A program made the position numbers and the translations under genes. Source: Balanoglossus misakiensis (lineage: Eukaryota > Animalia > Hemichordata). From it: a stretch of DNA of 64,000 nt. Position 1 is the stretch's first letter; every line of letters begins with the position of its first letter. The DNA is taken from assembly GCA_040954595.2 (NCBI GenBank), contig CM082585.2:8567649-8631648 (forward strand). Direction: 5' to 3'. This document shows positions 12,101 through 26,900 of the stretch, in pieces. The notes under the pieces were generated by a model. The model made no database searches and was not told where the DNA came from. It was given only the letters and a program-made list of their open reading frames with translations.

Positions 12101-15049
12101 GGTGTGTCACATACTTAATTCCTCACGTTGGGTCAATTCCAAAGATGACACGTTAGCAAGGAGTATGAATTCAGTAAAGGGCAATGTATCCATTTGACAA
12201 TAAATCCCTGACTTTAAACATATGTTATTTGTCACGATATTCTTATAGCCAGTAGGTAAAAAACAGGGAAAATCAATCTTTGAATCAGCTCAACTTTTGT
12301 ACAAAATAGGCATAGAAATAAACGATTTATGTACAAATTTTTAAAATTAGGTGAGCAAGTCTAAGCAGTACACCTGACTGGCCATGTTAATGTTATTTGA
12401 ATATTTGAATTATATAAATTACCATGAAATTTTTCTCATTTGCAACGGACAGGACTGACTATGATTGAAGATTTTAATAATTCATTTGTTCTTAAATTCA
12501 ACACTCCATCAGGTGTTTGTACCTGGTACAGCTAATTCCCACAATACACTGCAACCTGTCACTAACAGTTGGATATTATGAGTGGAGATTTCACTAAGAA
12601 AGCATGCCGACTTTCCTAGATTCTATTCATCCCGAATACACATCATCTGCTTATCTCTGCAGGTTTACATAATCATTTCTGCCTTGTGCAAAAATTATGA
12701 CTTGAATTTTGCTTAACACAATTAATGTTACATGAGATTAACTTAAATCTGGTCGTTGCACAGTACAAGAGGCTTGCCGTTTCTGTAGAATAAATGATGA
12801 AAATTTAATAATGGAGCCTTTCACGTTTTTCCGAGAAATCATCTTCTATCAGGGTTAGCCGGCGACTGCAGGCATCACGTACTTGCTGATGCATATCGTC
12901 CCAGTTCTTTGAATCCCCGAGACATGTGAATTAATGACGCGACGTATCAATATCAATTTCCACAATTTGTGGAAAGCAATCATGTCAGGTTTGGGGAGAA
13001 CTCCCCGTAAATCAATGCTGCCGAAATCTGATAGCATCAGCTCGTGGTTGAAAGGTATACTGGTCGTGCAAATACCGCTTTTTTGTTTCATACCCGACAA
13101 CCTGCAGAGACATCACTACCGTTTTCAATATTGACTACGCTTCCCATTAAGTCGTCGGTCACTGAAAACACAAGTGGTGCTGATCGAGACATTTGTGCCT
13201 GGCACTATATCCACCAGCCTTCTTTCAAAATGATAAATTACCCCTGCTCAAAAATAACTAGTAAAGTCAGTGGGTATGCTTTTCAACCAACTACCCCTGC
13301 AAACAGAACTATAAAACTGTATCTTCCAAATATGATGTCAACAGCTCTTTAATATTTGACCTCTTCCCAAAATGCTAGAATTATATGTTCATTAATTGTG
13401 CATGGGTCTCATCTTTGACCTGTTTGATTGGCAGGGAAGATCAGGATAAATCTTCCCATTTGCCACGGGCGCAATCAGGTTATAGATGTTACTTCAGCGG
13501 TAATTATTTAAGGCTCCCTAGTCTACTCTTCACAGACTACAACAGGGCTTGTAATTCTCCGAGTCCTACAGAAAGTTGGCCAACATCCGTGACGAGATAT
13601 TACAAGTTACCACTGCAACTATGAGGAAAACTGAACAATTTCTTTTGGCTGTAAATATGACAATAAAAGAATTTTTGAGCTAAAATTTATGCGACATCAA
13701 CTATCAAGCCGTCTTCTTATAAAAGATTGCTTTATTTCCATAATACTTGAAGCAGAATTGATATAATTTGTTTGGCAAGACACAGAGTCACTAGGGATGA
13801 ATCAAGGTAGACAGATATAAAAAAATCATTCTCTTAACAAAATTCGTGTCGCATGGCGTGATATATACCCATTTTTATTGCCCTGTTGTCCTAGCCATAT
13901 TAACTTCGAGCTCTCCTCACGTCAGACTTCATCAAGCGAAACATGATGAATGGATCTAAACTCCAGGCAACATCAGCGATACAGCACGTTAACAACGCAT
14001 TTGTCTGCGTGGCCTGTTTTTTTGCCATTTCAGAAACACATCTTTCATTCCGTACGAAACCCCGACAACAAAAACCGAAATTGACAACGTTATTTGCCGT
14101 ATCAATCTTCTCTTCCGTTGACTGGCTCGCCATAATGGGCTCGCTCGAGCGAAGGAACATATTTCAATTATTCATGCCTGTATACGTGAATGTGATACAT
14201 GTACACCTCCGGCAAATTTACCAGGCACCAGCCATGTTCACACTTTTTCATAGTCTCCTTCTCCAGGCACAGAACACCCACACACACGCAAACCCAATCT
14301 GCTTGTGTACCGTACAATGCTTTATGTGCCTCGCTAATGTCCAATAGGCACGTACTTAGATGGAGCCCTCAATGTATTTTCCAGGGCACATTGTGAAAGC
14401 AAATGGGGAATTTTTATTTTTCCTTGAAAACTCACATCCCTGCAATTCATGCAATTTTTGAGGCAATTTAACATGATTTATTAATTTCATAGAAAATTGA
14501 GCGACAGTAACTCTGTCACGTCTATAAACCGAGCTCACACGCAAAAATGAAAAATTTAGAACAAGATATCAGAGAGAGAGTCTACAGCAGAGTATAAAAA
14601 ACAGAGAAGAAAAAGCAATTGAAAGTACGAAAACCCACCATCCGTGTGCAGTGAAATATGTTACTTGAGATCTGCAAATAGACGGGAAAGGAGTAGGCAA
14701 ATTGAAGTCTCGGAGGCTATAGTGGTTGTGGATGCGGGAAGTAACTCATTTGCAAGCTGAACAACACGCGTCCACTAACAGTCTGACGTCAATGTACTTC
14801 AGTGGCTTTCTCGTTTCGTGTTTGCTGTCTAGATACCGCATATGTTACGTGATAACATCCCTTGGGCCAGTAAGACTCTCTTTTTTCCCCCTACATTTTT
14901 TCTATGATTGGAACATGACAAATAACACATGCCTGCGTTTTTTGTTATCAAGGAGAGAAGGTCTCGAGAGTAGGCTGTGTGCATAATTGACATGTCTGCA
15001 AGTTCTGCTACCAGATACTACACAAGCCTTTTCTTGCACTTGTTTTTTG

Positions 15050-15596
15050 TTAAAGCTGCACTATCTGACTATTTTTCAGTATTTTTTCTCTGTTGCAGAT
15101 TTACTGTGTGCGAGTGATTGACAGGGAAGATCACACTCAGGTTTCACTGCATATGACCTCGGCGCGGTGTGAATAGTTAAATGTCAAACAACCTCAAAGC
15201 AAACACCTTGCAAAATCAGGCTCAGATAAACACACTGCTATAACCTGATAATGCATCCCCTAGTTTTATATCATGGAGAGAATTTATGAAAAAACATTGT
15301 TCCCATTCATATACGCTTACAAAATGAAGACTACACTATTCCAAAGAACGAAATTTCAAACTGCGAGCCCAAAAAGGAAATCTAAATAACAATCTTTTCA
15401 TCAAGCCCTACATCAGTAGTTTATTATCCTTCATTTTCAATGGTCTCTATGTCATTCAATTATTTTGATACTGATACACTGTTAACTTAATTAAACCATA
15501 TAATGAAATTAAAGTTTTATTACAACGACCATTCAAAAAGAAAATGGAATTACTTATGAAAATAATGCTGATAGTAATCTTATTATGCTGCTTTAA
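15050..15596. mobile_element. Possible TTAA-flanked MITE remnant
   Basis: Ends are ttaaagctgca ... tgctgctttaa. The internal tgattgacagggaagatca is shared with ~13425 (tgattggcagggaagatca). Confidence 0.35.
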
Positions 15597-18500
15597 CTTA
15601 CATAGAGTATTAGGCTCTCAGTATAGTAAACAGAAAAGCACTTATTCTCGTATGTTTGCATTAATGTAGTTCTGCGTACTTGAATCTCAAGACTACAAAT
15701 TAAATGCAGCTGTTAGTGTTATAAACAGTGCGCGTTACCTTTCAGAGAAATACCTCTTCCGTTGTAATGAGACACACACAAGATCACACAAACGACAGCA
15801 AGATTTGACACTTGTAACATGCGCTCAGTAATAACCTTTTCAAATCAGATGCAAGGCCACGATGAATACAATCAAAATCTCTGTAATATGCACCTCTCCA
15901 ACAGGTATATATGCATCATGACACTCAGATATTACTTGTTTGACCTCTGGCAAGTGTGTAATGCTTATTCATATACGCCCTTCAAAGACTTCTCATACCC
16001 GGTACTCGTATCATGTTACATTTAGATGGTGCAGGTCAAAACCCCACAAGCACAGAACATGATGGCACATCTAACCAGTAAATTGCTTTTTGAAGGCTAT
16101 AGGGCATCCTGTAAACAAATATAAAACATTTATAATTGGTTTACAACCCTACTGTATGTTGCCACCTAAAATATTTTTTTTCGCTGTCCACTGTTCAAAT
16201 TTTCTATCATCCTGTCCAGATGGTCCCATCATACGCACCTTCAGGTTAGAATTCACTGTTAAGAAAATAACCTTCACCTATAAGCATATTTTACAAATCC
16301 GATAACCTTTAATTCAATATGATCTTTATCACTAATACCACATCAAACCACATATACATGAAAAGCAAGTGTATCACACTAGCTTTCTACCCTCCTCTGT
16401 GACGGTTTTTCAACACAGGACAACTGGAAATTATTTATTGATGTTGCACTCAGACGTTGCCTGGCACTGCAGCCAACAAATTATCAAATACTTCAGTGAC
16501 ACCACTGAAGAGAATTCCAGCAATGCCTGGAAAATCTTCCCGACATAAATATATTGATGCCTGCTGTATCAAAGTCGACACGGACACTGCAAAAATATGT
16601 CAGCAGCAAATCATCTGGGAGATCATGGAATTTGTCATGAGCCAAACAGATGATAAAGACCTTGTGTTTCCTGCAGTAAAATCGAGTAAGGAGGGATTGG
16701 AAATGTACTTCAGGAATTTAACAAGCTGTATAAACATCTTTAAATTGCATCCTTCAATTAAGTCTTATTAGATGATCCCTTCCATTTGAATATGGAACTT
16801 TAAAAATACATGTCATGCAAAATGTATTATTGGATTTTGTAGTCCTTGTTTGTTTGTTTGTTTGTTTGATTTAAGCATATATTTGGTGAAATCCATACCA
16901 GTATGCACTATGACCAGTGTACGACAAAAGTGTGAAATGGAATGGATAGATGAAGGAATCATTTTTCACCAAAACGTGGCTTTAAATGACACTATGTGTT
17001 TTTTTTCGTCGAATGACATGGCCATAAAACATCTGACAGAGATCCCACAAGCGACGTTTTCATCCGCTAACAAATAAACCAGACAGGCATGTCTACATCA
17101 TACAAGTGTCTCCGCATATTAGTTTTAATGGTGATCATTACAAGCACTATCATCATATCCCCAAAAACATCAAACAAGTAAATCTGATCCAATTGTACTT
17201 TTATTGACACTGCGGTTCTAACTCGGGGGCAAACATCGCCATGTGCGCACATCCACGCATACCGACACTCGCACGGCCCTGCGCTGCTTCTAATTTTAGG
17301 ACGGCGTCGCCCGAAAAACCTCCGTCAGCAGCCGGCGAGTTCCTCTGCGCCGGAAAACTGATCTAAATACAGCTATGGACAAACACACATGATATTTTCT
17401 AAAGCAGCCTGGTTATTTGACCACTGGCCTTTTAATTTAGAGCCCATGGCTGGCTCAGCGGTCGATGGCATTCCGGAGATTCCAGTCATGGAAACTTTGA
17501 CTCAGTGTATGCATATATAGATGGGTCGCGTTTCAGAATATTTCCGGAGCACACGCCATAAGATTATACTATGTCAGATAATAAACGTGTGGCATGTTTG
17601 ATGAATCCGTTGTCCACGGAGCCATTAGCTGTGTGTAAGCGGTATGTTTCCCCATTAAATGCCATGTGTCATGATTGCAGTCAGTTGGTCTAGACAGCAT
17701 TTGTCCTGGCATATCAACTGTCGGTATACCCGTACGCAATGTATTTCATAGACATGTTGCAAAAAGGAAGTCCGACGTACTGGGCAACACCTTAAACATT
17801 TACCAGAATGAAAAAGTGATACACAGATATTTACTTAATTATTATTTACCAATTTGAAATTAATTAACTCCTTTTTAAAGCTAGATACAGTTTTGAAATG
17901 AGCCTTTCTTTCTGTTGGGTGTTGAACTGGCACATTTTGCAAACAAGATGTGCAAACGCATGTGTCCAAAAAAAAATGTAAGATCACCATATGAATATTC
18001 GTAGGCTATGCAACTATTCATAATTGTTTGTAGGCCATCATATGGTCACTGGTACCAAGCTATATGTGTATTATCTTTCTGAAAACATCTTTCAGTCTTC
18101 CATATGTGCCGTCGCAATTCAAACTGTCGGGAATCCATTCCAGGGGTAACATGCTCTTTTGATATCATAATGATATGGCTACATGTACTTCATGATCATG
18201 GCTCTGGGTATTAGAGTTCGTACAACACAAAAATGCAACTTGATGTTGGCTGCGAACATTCCGTATTTTTTATTAACAACATTTCTCATCTTCTCCCTCT
18301 TGTATTATCATTTTATTCCCATGCGATTCACTTCAACATCATTCCATAATAAACTTCCAATTTCCTGTCGACACGCTAATTCTAATTTGATTTACCCTTC
18401 TCAATATATTCTACGATACGTTCGTTTCGTCAATGACAGGGGCCACCACGCAACTACCCACGAAGCAAATTTGTCGTGCAGATCACTAAAGCAATAAAAC

Positions 18501-20948
18501 GCGGATTTTATTTTTGTGCCCATTGTAAAACACAAACGAGGTAGACAAACTTAGTAAGCTGAGTTTTCTAAATCAGGATACAATTTCCAAGTCACGAATG
18601 AATTGATTATTCCAAATCTTCTTTTCGACTCGCAATGTTTACTTCACGATTTCAGCCTAAACCCTCCAAGTAAATTGAATCACATTAGAGCAACACCATG
18701 CATGATAATAAAATTTGTTCCCTTTTCATCGATTTTGTCTCCTGGCTACAGACATATTCAGCTTAAGCAGCTGCGGGCTACGTATTTCAAATGCCGGGTT
18801 CGTTTCGTACTGAACGCTAGTCACTGCAATGCGCCATTTCCAAAGTGTTCAAAATTTGCACACGGACAATACAGTGTGCAGGAATGACAGTGCATCACTT
18901 ACATTGAATCTGTCACTAAATTTTTTACAGTCACGGCAAACCAGGGATTGATATAAATCTTCCAGTTGCTTTCATGAGGTACATTTTCTCAAATGACCAA
19001 TAAAACAGTTGGCAAAGGCAGTGAAGATTCAGTACTGCCAGTGCCTCAAAGCTTATTTCTGTAATCATCATAAATATACTGTAAAAAAGTGGCATGTTGA
19101 TCTTCTTTTTCGGTCTTGAAAAATGCCTAGATTAATTTGTAAAAACCACTGTTGTAAATTAAGTATGATGAACATCCACGTATCACTGCTTAGACTCGAT
19201 CCAGCTGCACTTCACGTTCACTGAAGTACACATAACGAAAAGTCCACCGACTTTTTTCTAAAATTCATTTCCCAGGTTACGGGTCCATCCTCCATGATGT
19301 CTCGGGCATTAACGGATCAAACTCGTTTGACATTTTGAGTGCTTCGAGTTTCTGAAGCGATTTATCAGTTGTCGCTTTTATTGACAATGGTCTGACATGC
19401 TCTAGACTGTAGCACCCTTACTACTAAATATTTAACGCAACATCATTTCATTCAAGATGTGTCAACTTGCGGTGTTTTATTATGTGATTTATAATCCTAT
19501 CTTTATGAAAATCGCAAACAATATACAGCTTTGTATGTACCGGTACTGTACACCTATTTAAGGAGGTCAGCTTTTTCAAGCTTATACGCCACAAATTTTC
19601 TGCATTATTTGCAAAACAGCCTTCTATCTTTAAGTATATTGTGAAATGCTAACCTTTGATATGTTTAATTTAAATGCAAACACTGTTGACAGTAAAACAC
19701 TTCACTTTATTTTATTCTATGGTCTGAAGCATACGAAAGAGAAATTAAAAATTTATAATTAATATCTGGACAACGTTACCCAGCACGACTTAAAAATCGT
19801 TTTTGAATATCACATACCCTTTGCATTTTTTAATTGAGGCAATGCGAATTTTAATCTTCCTCACAGCAGGAATACTGGGCAGGTAATTGTGAAAATGAAA
19901 ATGATACACACGGAAGGGAGACAGGCAAAGAAACCTTATACACAAATATCTCCCTTTGATAACGGTTGTACAATCACTGTACAGACCAAGCTGAGACCTG
20001 ATGTTTCACTCGGAAATGATGTTTAAGGTTTCCCATTGCAATTTAGTACAGCGCGCCTTGTAGTGATCCTCAGCGAACAAGAAATATTGAAGTCCTCGTT
20101 AATTATTGCTGCATCCGGGGAGCCCATTGTGGACTCCTCATCACTGGGTATTCATGGCATTCATCCCTTCCTTCCTGTTCTCCGACGGCGGCGCTAAAGA
20201 GCAGGAAGTAGGTTTTGTAATAGCTCGCGTCAGTTGCAATATCTACGATGTACTGCCACTGGCATGTGAAGTACACACATACATAAACTGAGTGTTTCTG
20301 CTAAGGTTGGAGAACATAATGATTTGGAAACCCTGGTAACACTTCTGTTACCCATACACTTCTATGACGCCATTGATATACCGAGGGGAACGCCAGTAAA
20401 ATGACTAGGAAACCATGGTGATATTTACCTGGGTACCGCCCTTGACAAAACACTTAAAGATCAAGGCTCCACTCAAAGACAGCATTGACATTTTACATCA
20501 TTGAATCTATATTCTGAGAGGTCTGTGTGGCTTAACTTGTGTTTCTCTCATTATGTCAGTTTTAGCTTTTTCTCTCAAAAATATCTGAAACCAGTGCAGC
20601 GGCGATTTTTGAGATGATGTCACTGAATTAAAATCACGGTTTTCCTGTGAAACACTAATTAAAAGCACTTACTTGGACATGATAAAAATCTTTCTCAAAC
20701 ACAACACAATTCAGCCATAAAATCAGTCAATTCAATAAATGGAAACCACCAACTGATGCTATGGCTGGGAGTGCTAGTGGATTATTTCCTAAGGTACGCA
20801 GATCACTTAACTGGATCTATTAACACAAAATTCTGGAGTCTGAGAGAGGAAAATATGTTTTACACACACCGCTGTTTATGTAATACTACACTACAAACAG
20901 GAATCCAGCCAAGTGGTGCAAACTCAAGAAAATTACCATCGGCAGATA

Positions 20949-20983
20949 GTTTCCAAGCAACCCCCATTGGTTGCTAGGCAACC
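20949..20983. promoter_or_regulatory. Paired RFX X-box-like motifs (GTTTCCAAGCAAC + GGTTGCTAGGCAACC)
   Basis: Direct motif match; the second site is a near-perfect palindrome. Confidence 0.6.
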
Positions 20984-23900
20984 GTGGATGAAATTGCAAG
21001 ACGTAATGATGCAGCTGGCAGTGCGGGGTCACAGAGAATATGGTTACTAGAGGTAGTACACACAACGAGGTCGCGTTAATAATCCTTCCACTTTCCTAGT
21101 TACTTCACGGAACAATCATTAAGAGCTCCCACTCACTCGACCCTGTCAATCATAATTTGTCACTAAAATTCCAGAATTTGAAATGCCCAGCCGCTTGATT
21201 ACGACGGCATATTTGCACAGCATTGATTTTTTTTTTCATCTCAAAACCTCGCCTAAGGCAGGATTACGTGCTCAGGTGCTGCAGTTCTGGTTTAGAAATC
21301 CCTCAAATCTTGATATTTCATTAAAAGTAAAATCACAATCGTGGTCTGCTTACGACCGTCGGACCGCTGTAGCATGTACAACCACTGTGTCATCCTTCTT
21401 TGATCGCGGTGACACTGCGAAAAATCAAGAGCAGGTCTAGTTTAGTAATGAATGGGGGAGCTTTGAGTTAGAGCAGCACGCATTAATTATACCAAATATG
21501 GAACAGACATTCCTGGATAGTTCAGTGAGGTTATCCTCTGAAAAGAACTCTGGTAAAATGATTGCGGAGCCGTGCTGACATTTACGGCTCACTGACCTTG
21601 ACAAAAACACGGCCCGCCACCGCTACACTGCATCTCATCAATTGGCGCGTAATATCAGATTGTCAGAATCTCATTGTGGTGAGCGCCGAGCCATTTGCTG
21701 AGGTAGATTTTAATGCTACATTTACAATGCATCATGCAGTGCCTTAAAAGGCCTGACAAGAGGAGTATCAGAGCTTGCACAAATTCAAAGAGATTAACTT
21801 CAAACATGGTTTTGATAATCCTACAGGTTTTAGTTTGTTTAACCTCTTTGACCTGCAGTGCCAATTATAGCTAATTATACATGTCTTGAATTCACCCCTT
21901 TTAGCTCTCGCCATTACCAATATTTCCACACGAGTCCAATGAAGGTCATCAGTGTATGACTGGGTTATAAGCAAGAATTCAGCTTGAAGATGATGAAGGG
22001 TTAAACTGAAAGAGTCAATGTCAAACAGATAATGAGCTTTGACCACATGACTGACAAGAACTTCAAGAACATAAACACCTCCATTCATTAAATGTTGACA
22101 CATCTGCCCATGAATCGATTGCCAAAACGAATTACGAGAGTTAAAAACAAGAAATCAATTGATAACCATGCATGCAGGGATGGGTTTCTATCCTGTTCCA
22201 CAAACTTAAAAGATGATACTATGACATACTATTTACTTGGCATCAATTTGTCTATTCAGAGGACTGTAAAGTGGATTTGCGTGAAGTCAATCAACAATAT
22301 GCCCCATCTGACGATAATGATCATTCTAACTCAATACACTCTATTGTCAGAGCACAAGTCGCATCCCACAGAAAAAAAAAACACTTACTGGTGATTATTT
22401 TAATTATTGAAAAAACGATCTTTCATTTCCTCATGCGACAATTCTTTTGTTCTCTACCGCATGTCGCGCAAAATACGACAAAAAAATAAAATAAAATGTG
22501 AGCAATCAGAGGGAGAACACTAGAAGTGATCAAAAACAGTCTTCCATCACGCAATGAAATGGCAATGGAATGAATTCCGATTTTTATCTCCAATGCCTGC
22601 GGGACGACTTGTAATACACTGAGTAACGCGAGAAAGGCCTGTTATCAGTCCAGCCCAGCGCTGTATGTTTCACATCAGGCATTCAGGTGTGATCGACAGG
22701 TCCAGAATGAATGGGCGATATTTGCAGCCTGTAGGGGGTTCTACAGCACACTACAGTTGCCCCCAACAGACGCTCGTGGAAAAGATACGGCATGTAAGAT
22801 ACACAGTTGGGAAGGAAAAAAAACGTGTATGCGTTATGAATGTTCATTATCAATCAAGACCATATCCAATACACTCTCTCTGGCTAGACATTCTGATTTC
22901 GCAGTTCATGCACAATCTGTGTGTCAATTTCTACGTATGACGCACAAAAAGTGAAAATGGCCACATGAGTACATTTGTACCTGTTGAGAATCAATGTTTA
23001 TTAGGAAACAAACAAGGCTTGCCTCAGTTTTTGTGTCATAGTGTGGTTGTGGATTGTGTGTGACGTACGTGTGTGACCTGAAATTTTGGGGACACAATCA
23101 TGCTTGCAATGTCATCATTCTCAGCTTCATTATATGTTCAGGCCATACATAACCAGCCACTGATGGCATTTTAAAATTAAATTTGGTACCTAACCAGCAG
23201 ATGTACCGGTATTTATAAATATAATGTGAAGCATAGGGTTTCGGTCACGATACTGCTATGAAGCATATGAATGTAAGATGGCTATTAATAAGAATCAATT
23301 TAATATTAAAAAGAAAGCAACCAAGCGGCCAATGTAGCTCTGTTTGTCAAGGACTTGTGTATCACATATCAAAGTTGACTGACAATTTGTTTTATAGGTG
23401 AATTTTTTTGATGTCAAAAACATCTTATAATACACAATTTCTCATTTTGTCAGTTTGAACAGACCAGGATAAGATTAATCCTGGAGACCCAGGAGCTAAA
23501 TTTGAAAGACGGGTCAGAGAGAGAAACAGTTGCTGAGAAGACACCCCTTTGATAAATGGAACATCCCAGCCCGCGCACTTTCCATCAAAATGCAAATTGG
23601 GTTGGAAAATAAACGTGAGAACTCCAGCTCACTCTCACAGCTGTACGTCTCCGGAACTTTACGGACTCGAATATTTTATCCTGATGATATATTGGTGCAA
23701 TTTCAATGGAAATTGGATGGTGCAAGTAACAGGGGCTTGTTAATGAAATGCAATTATGCCGGTGCGCCGAGGCGCAGGCTGAAGTGACTTGAACTCGTCC
23801 TCTACAACCGCTCGACCTCGTAAATTTTTCGTTTGATATTTTACCGCCGGTTTCCGAGTCCATCACAACAACACTGCACCAGATTCACTCAGAAACACAA

Positions 23901-26900
23901 CGAGCAGTTTTACTTTATGTTTGACAGATAATTCAGTGTATCATCTAGGATGGCATATCCTTAGGGGGGATGTCCCTCCTTGCCAGAATATTGGGGGGGG
24001 GGGGGGGGTTCAGGCAGCGCCGGTCGCCCTTTGGCCAATCGCTAGGGGGTGCCAGAGGAGGAATTGCCCCCTTCCAGATCATGTAACACTGGGAATTGTA
24101 ATTTGGACAGATGTAGATGGAAAACGTTCATATTTGGACATATAACTTTTGTCTTTCTCCATATTTTTAAAGTCACGAAAAAATAATATGGACGCTCTGC
24201 TGAAATAACCAGCTGCCTTTTCAAATTGCAAACACATGTTGTACAAGTCATCTGTTGCATCAAGGGTGACTAATTATGTTAAGTACAGATGGCATGTGTT
24301 TCTTTCGAAAGGACACTGTGACCTGAAAATGTATATAATGAAGTTATTTTTACTTTGGCAACAGAAATGGCCTCCCCTACAGTTACATATACAACCACTT
24401 GCTACTGACCTCTCCCCCAAGGTCATATCAGGTCAATGACCTTTATATACTTTTTGCATGCATGTGATGAATATATCAACAAAGACGTATAAATCCTTCA
24501 CTATATCAAAACACTTTGTCAAAAGATACTTCAAAATATGCTTCCAGCTGTTCCACATTTTCAAAATCACAAACATGAAGCAATCTGATTTTTTTTCAAA
24601 GGAAAACACATCTCAGAAACCACCTGTTGACTTCATGAAAGTTCCTGAAGCAGCCAATAAGATGTTGAAATACGGAGAAAGTAGATAATGTTACTGGCAA
24701 TCTGATTCCATCTGGGAACTGATTGATATCGATGCATATTTGAGAAAAATAATTCCCTTTTTGGTGTAACATGACTCTTTCCCTTCATATTTAATGTTAT
24801 TCCTAAATTTCCAGTGAAATATGTGGATTCAATCAATGGAAATTCATTTTTTAATAATGGCTACTTACGGAAGAAAATTGAGTGTAATTGCAAGCAACTT
24901 TCTTTTTCTGAAGCCTTGGTATGTACATCATATTCTGTAAAATATCATTTTCAGTATTTTACTCAAATTGGAAAAAGAATACACTAAAAAAGTATACTAC
25001 GCAGTTTGGCAAGATTCAATGACAATTCAAACTTCACATTTTGTGAATGTATGTCATCCATGTTAGCGGGGGAAAAATTGCTTGATATTTTATTATTTTG
25101 AACAATATCAACATGCAATAGCAAATTATACTCCTTTAGTCCAAAATTAACTCAATAATAACCACAAAACACTGAAAATTTGCAAAAAATATACCAGTGG
25201 GAAATTGTTATAGGTTACATAAACAACCTTTCACCTATTATCTCAATTTACCATGATCAGTCTATTGAATGACAAATTGCAGTCTGCTAGCTTTGTGTGT
25301 GTGTATATATATTCAAATCCTCAAAGAGCCATTAATTCTTTCAATTAGACCAAAGATGACAAGATAATGAGGCCGGGGAGATTTGCGTACCGGCGAATTT
25401 AATGATGTGTCATCGCCAATGAATTTAAAGGCCAAAACTGAATATTTAACCGGCTGAAAATTGTGGAAATAATGGACGTCACAAAGTACGTGTCAGATAG
25501 TAGACAGAGATCACTGTGATTACTATCGTCAACGCGATGAAAAGCAACCAACATGGCCATGACCAAAGCGATATCAGCACCTAACATCACAATTTCATTT
25601 TACCTCTTGCGCTTTTCAACATGCGGCAGAGTGTTTGCTGAAATATGCGTCCGAGCCCCATGGTAAATTGCATTTCTCTTACATAATGCTTCTAAAACAA
25701 CTAATTTAAATGATATGAACGGTATTTTCACACTCGTATTAGTACCTATCAAGAGAAAAATTTCAGATCATCATTACATTTAATTATGTTACACAGCTGT
25801 AAAAGTAGAATGCTTCGGTCTCTCAGAACGCATGAACTCAATATGGGGACTCTGCATATTGTTACTGTACATTGTGGAATTTAGTTATTAGGGGCTTCAG
25901 CTTCGTAGGTTACAGCAGTATATGTGTGTGATACAAGTAACAGTTACACTCCCTTGCAGGCATACGAAAATGTGAACAAACTGACGCATCCGTTACCTAC
26001 ATGAACAGCTGTACCCGACATATATAATTTAGTCGACATATATCAAATTCACACAGCCAGAAGGGCTTTAACTATTCCTCTGATGGAAAGTTATTGTCAG
26101 GAGGCTGATACACACAAGGACTGAATAAATGGCTGCCATGGAGTATATACAGCGGTCTGAATATATGTGATTTCAATGACTGACCAAAGCCAAATCAGTA
26201 TTAACAATATACATAACCATATAGTAATCATGGTTGACCGGTGAATGATGGAATGCATCTTTGTCCAATGACACAAAAGCTCTTATTGTCTTATTTGTCA
26301 CCCAGCTTGTAACAAAAAAGATGATTGGTTCGTGGTCAACAAAGATATCACCTGATCAAACTTGACCGATTTCATCTCCCTGCGTAAAAATTTCAGAAAG
26401 GAAAAATACACCTGGGGTAAAATGTATCACAAGCTTAAAATGCTAACTCAGTGACATTTAACCATAGTCAGTGCGGCCTTTTTCAACAAGAGAAGTGCTT
26501 GATTCCCGAGTGTTTCCTTGACAACCAACAAAGTAGGTGGTCCAACTCATTCTTCAGGAGCGTGTGAGAGCCATGGCCCTAATGCAGGCTTCATGAGTGA
26601 TTTCTGGGGCATGAGTGGAAACGATAATACACTGTGTGCAGAAATCTGTCAGTGCAGTAAAACTGGACTACGCAACATCCAAGAAAATTGACTACAAATA
26701 AAACCTACCCCACCCACCATCTCAAGTACCTTCTTTAAATTTAGGATTTAGGTCCTAATCAAAATATGTAAAGGCAAATGAACAGATTTGCAGTATATTT
26801 GATTGAAACACAACAGTTGTGGTAAAAATAGGAAGGTTAATAAAACGCAAGCTGTTGTTTTGTAGTATATACACGACGCTTTGCAAATGAAAACGATCGC

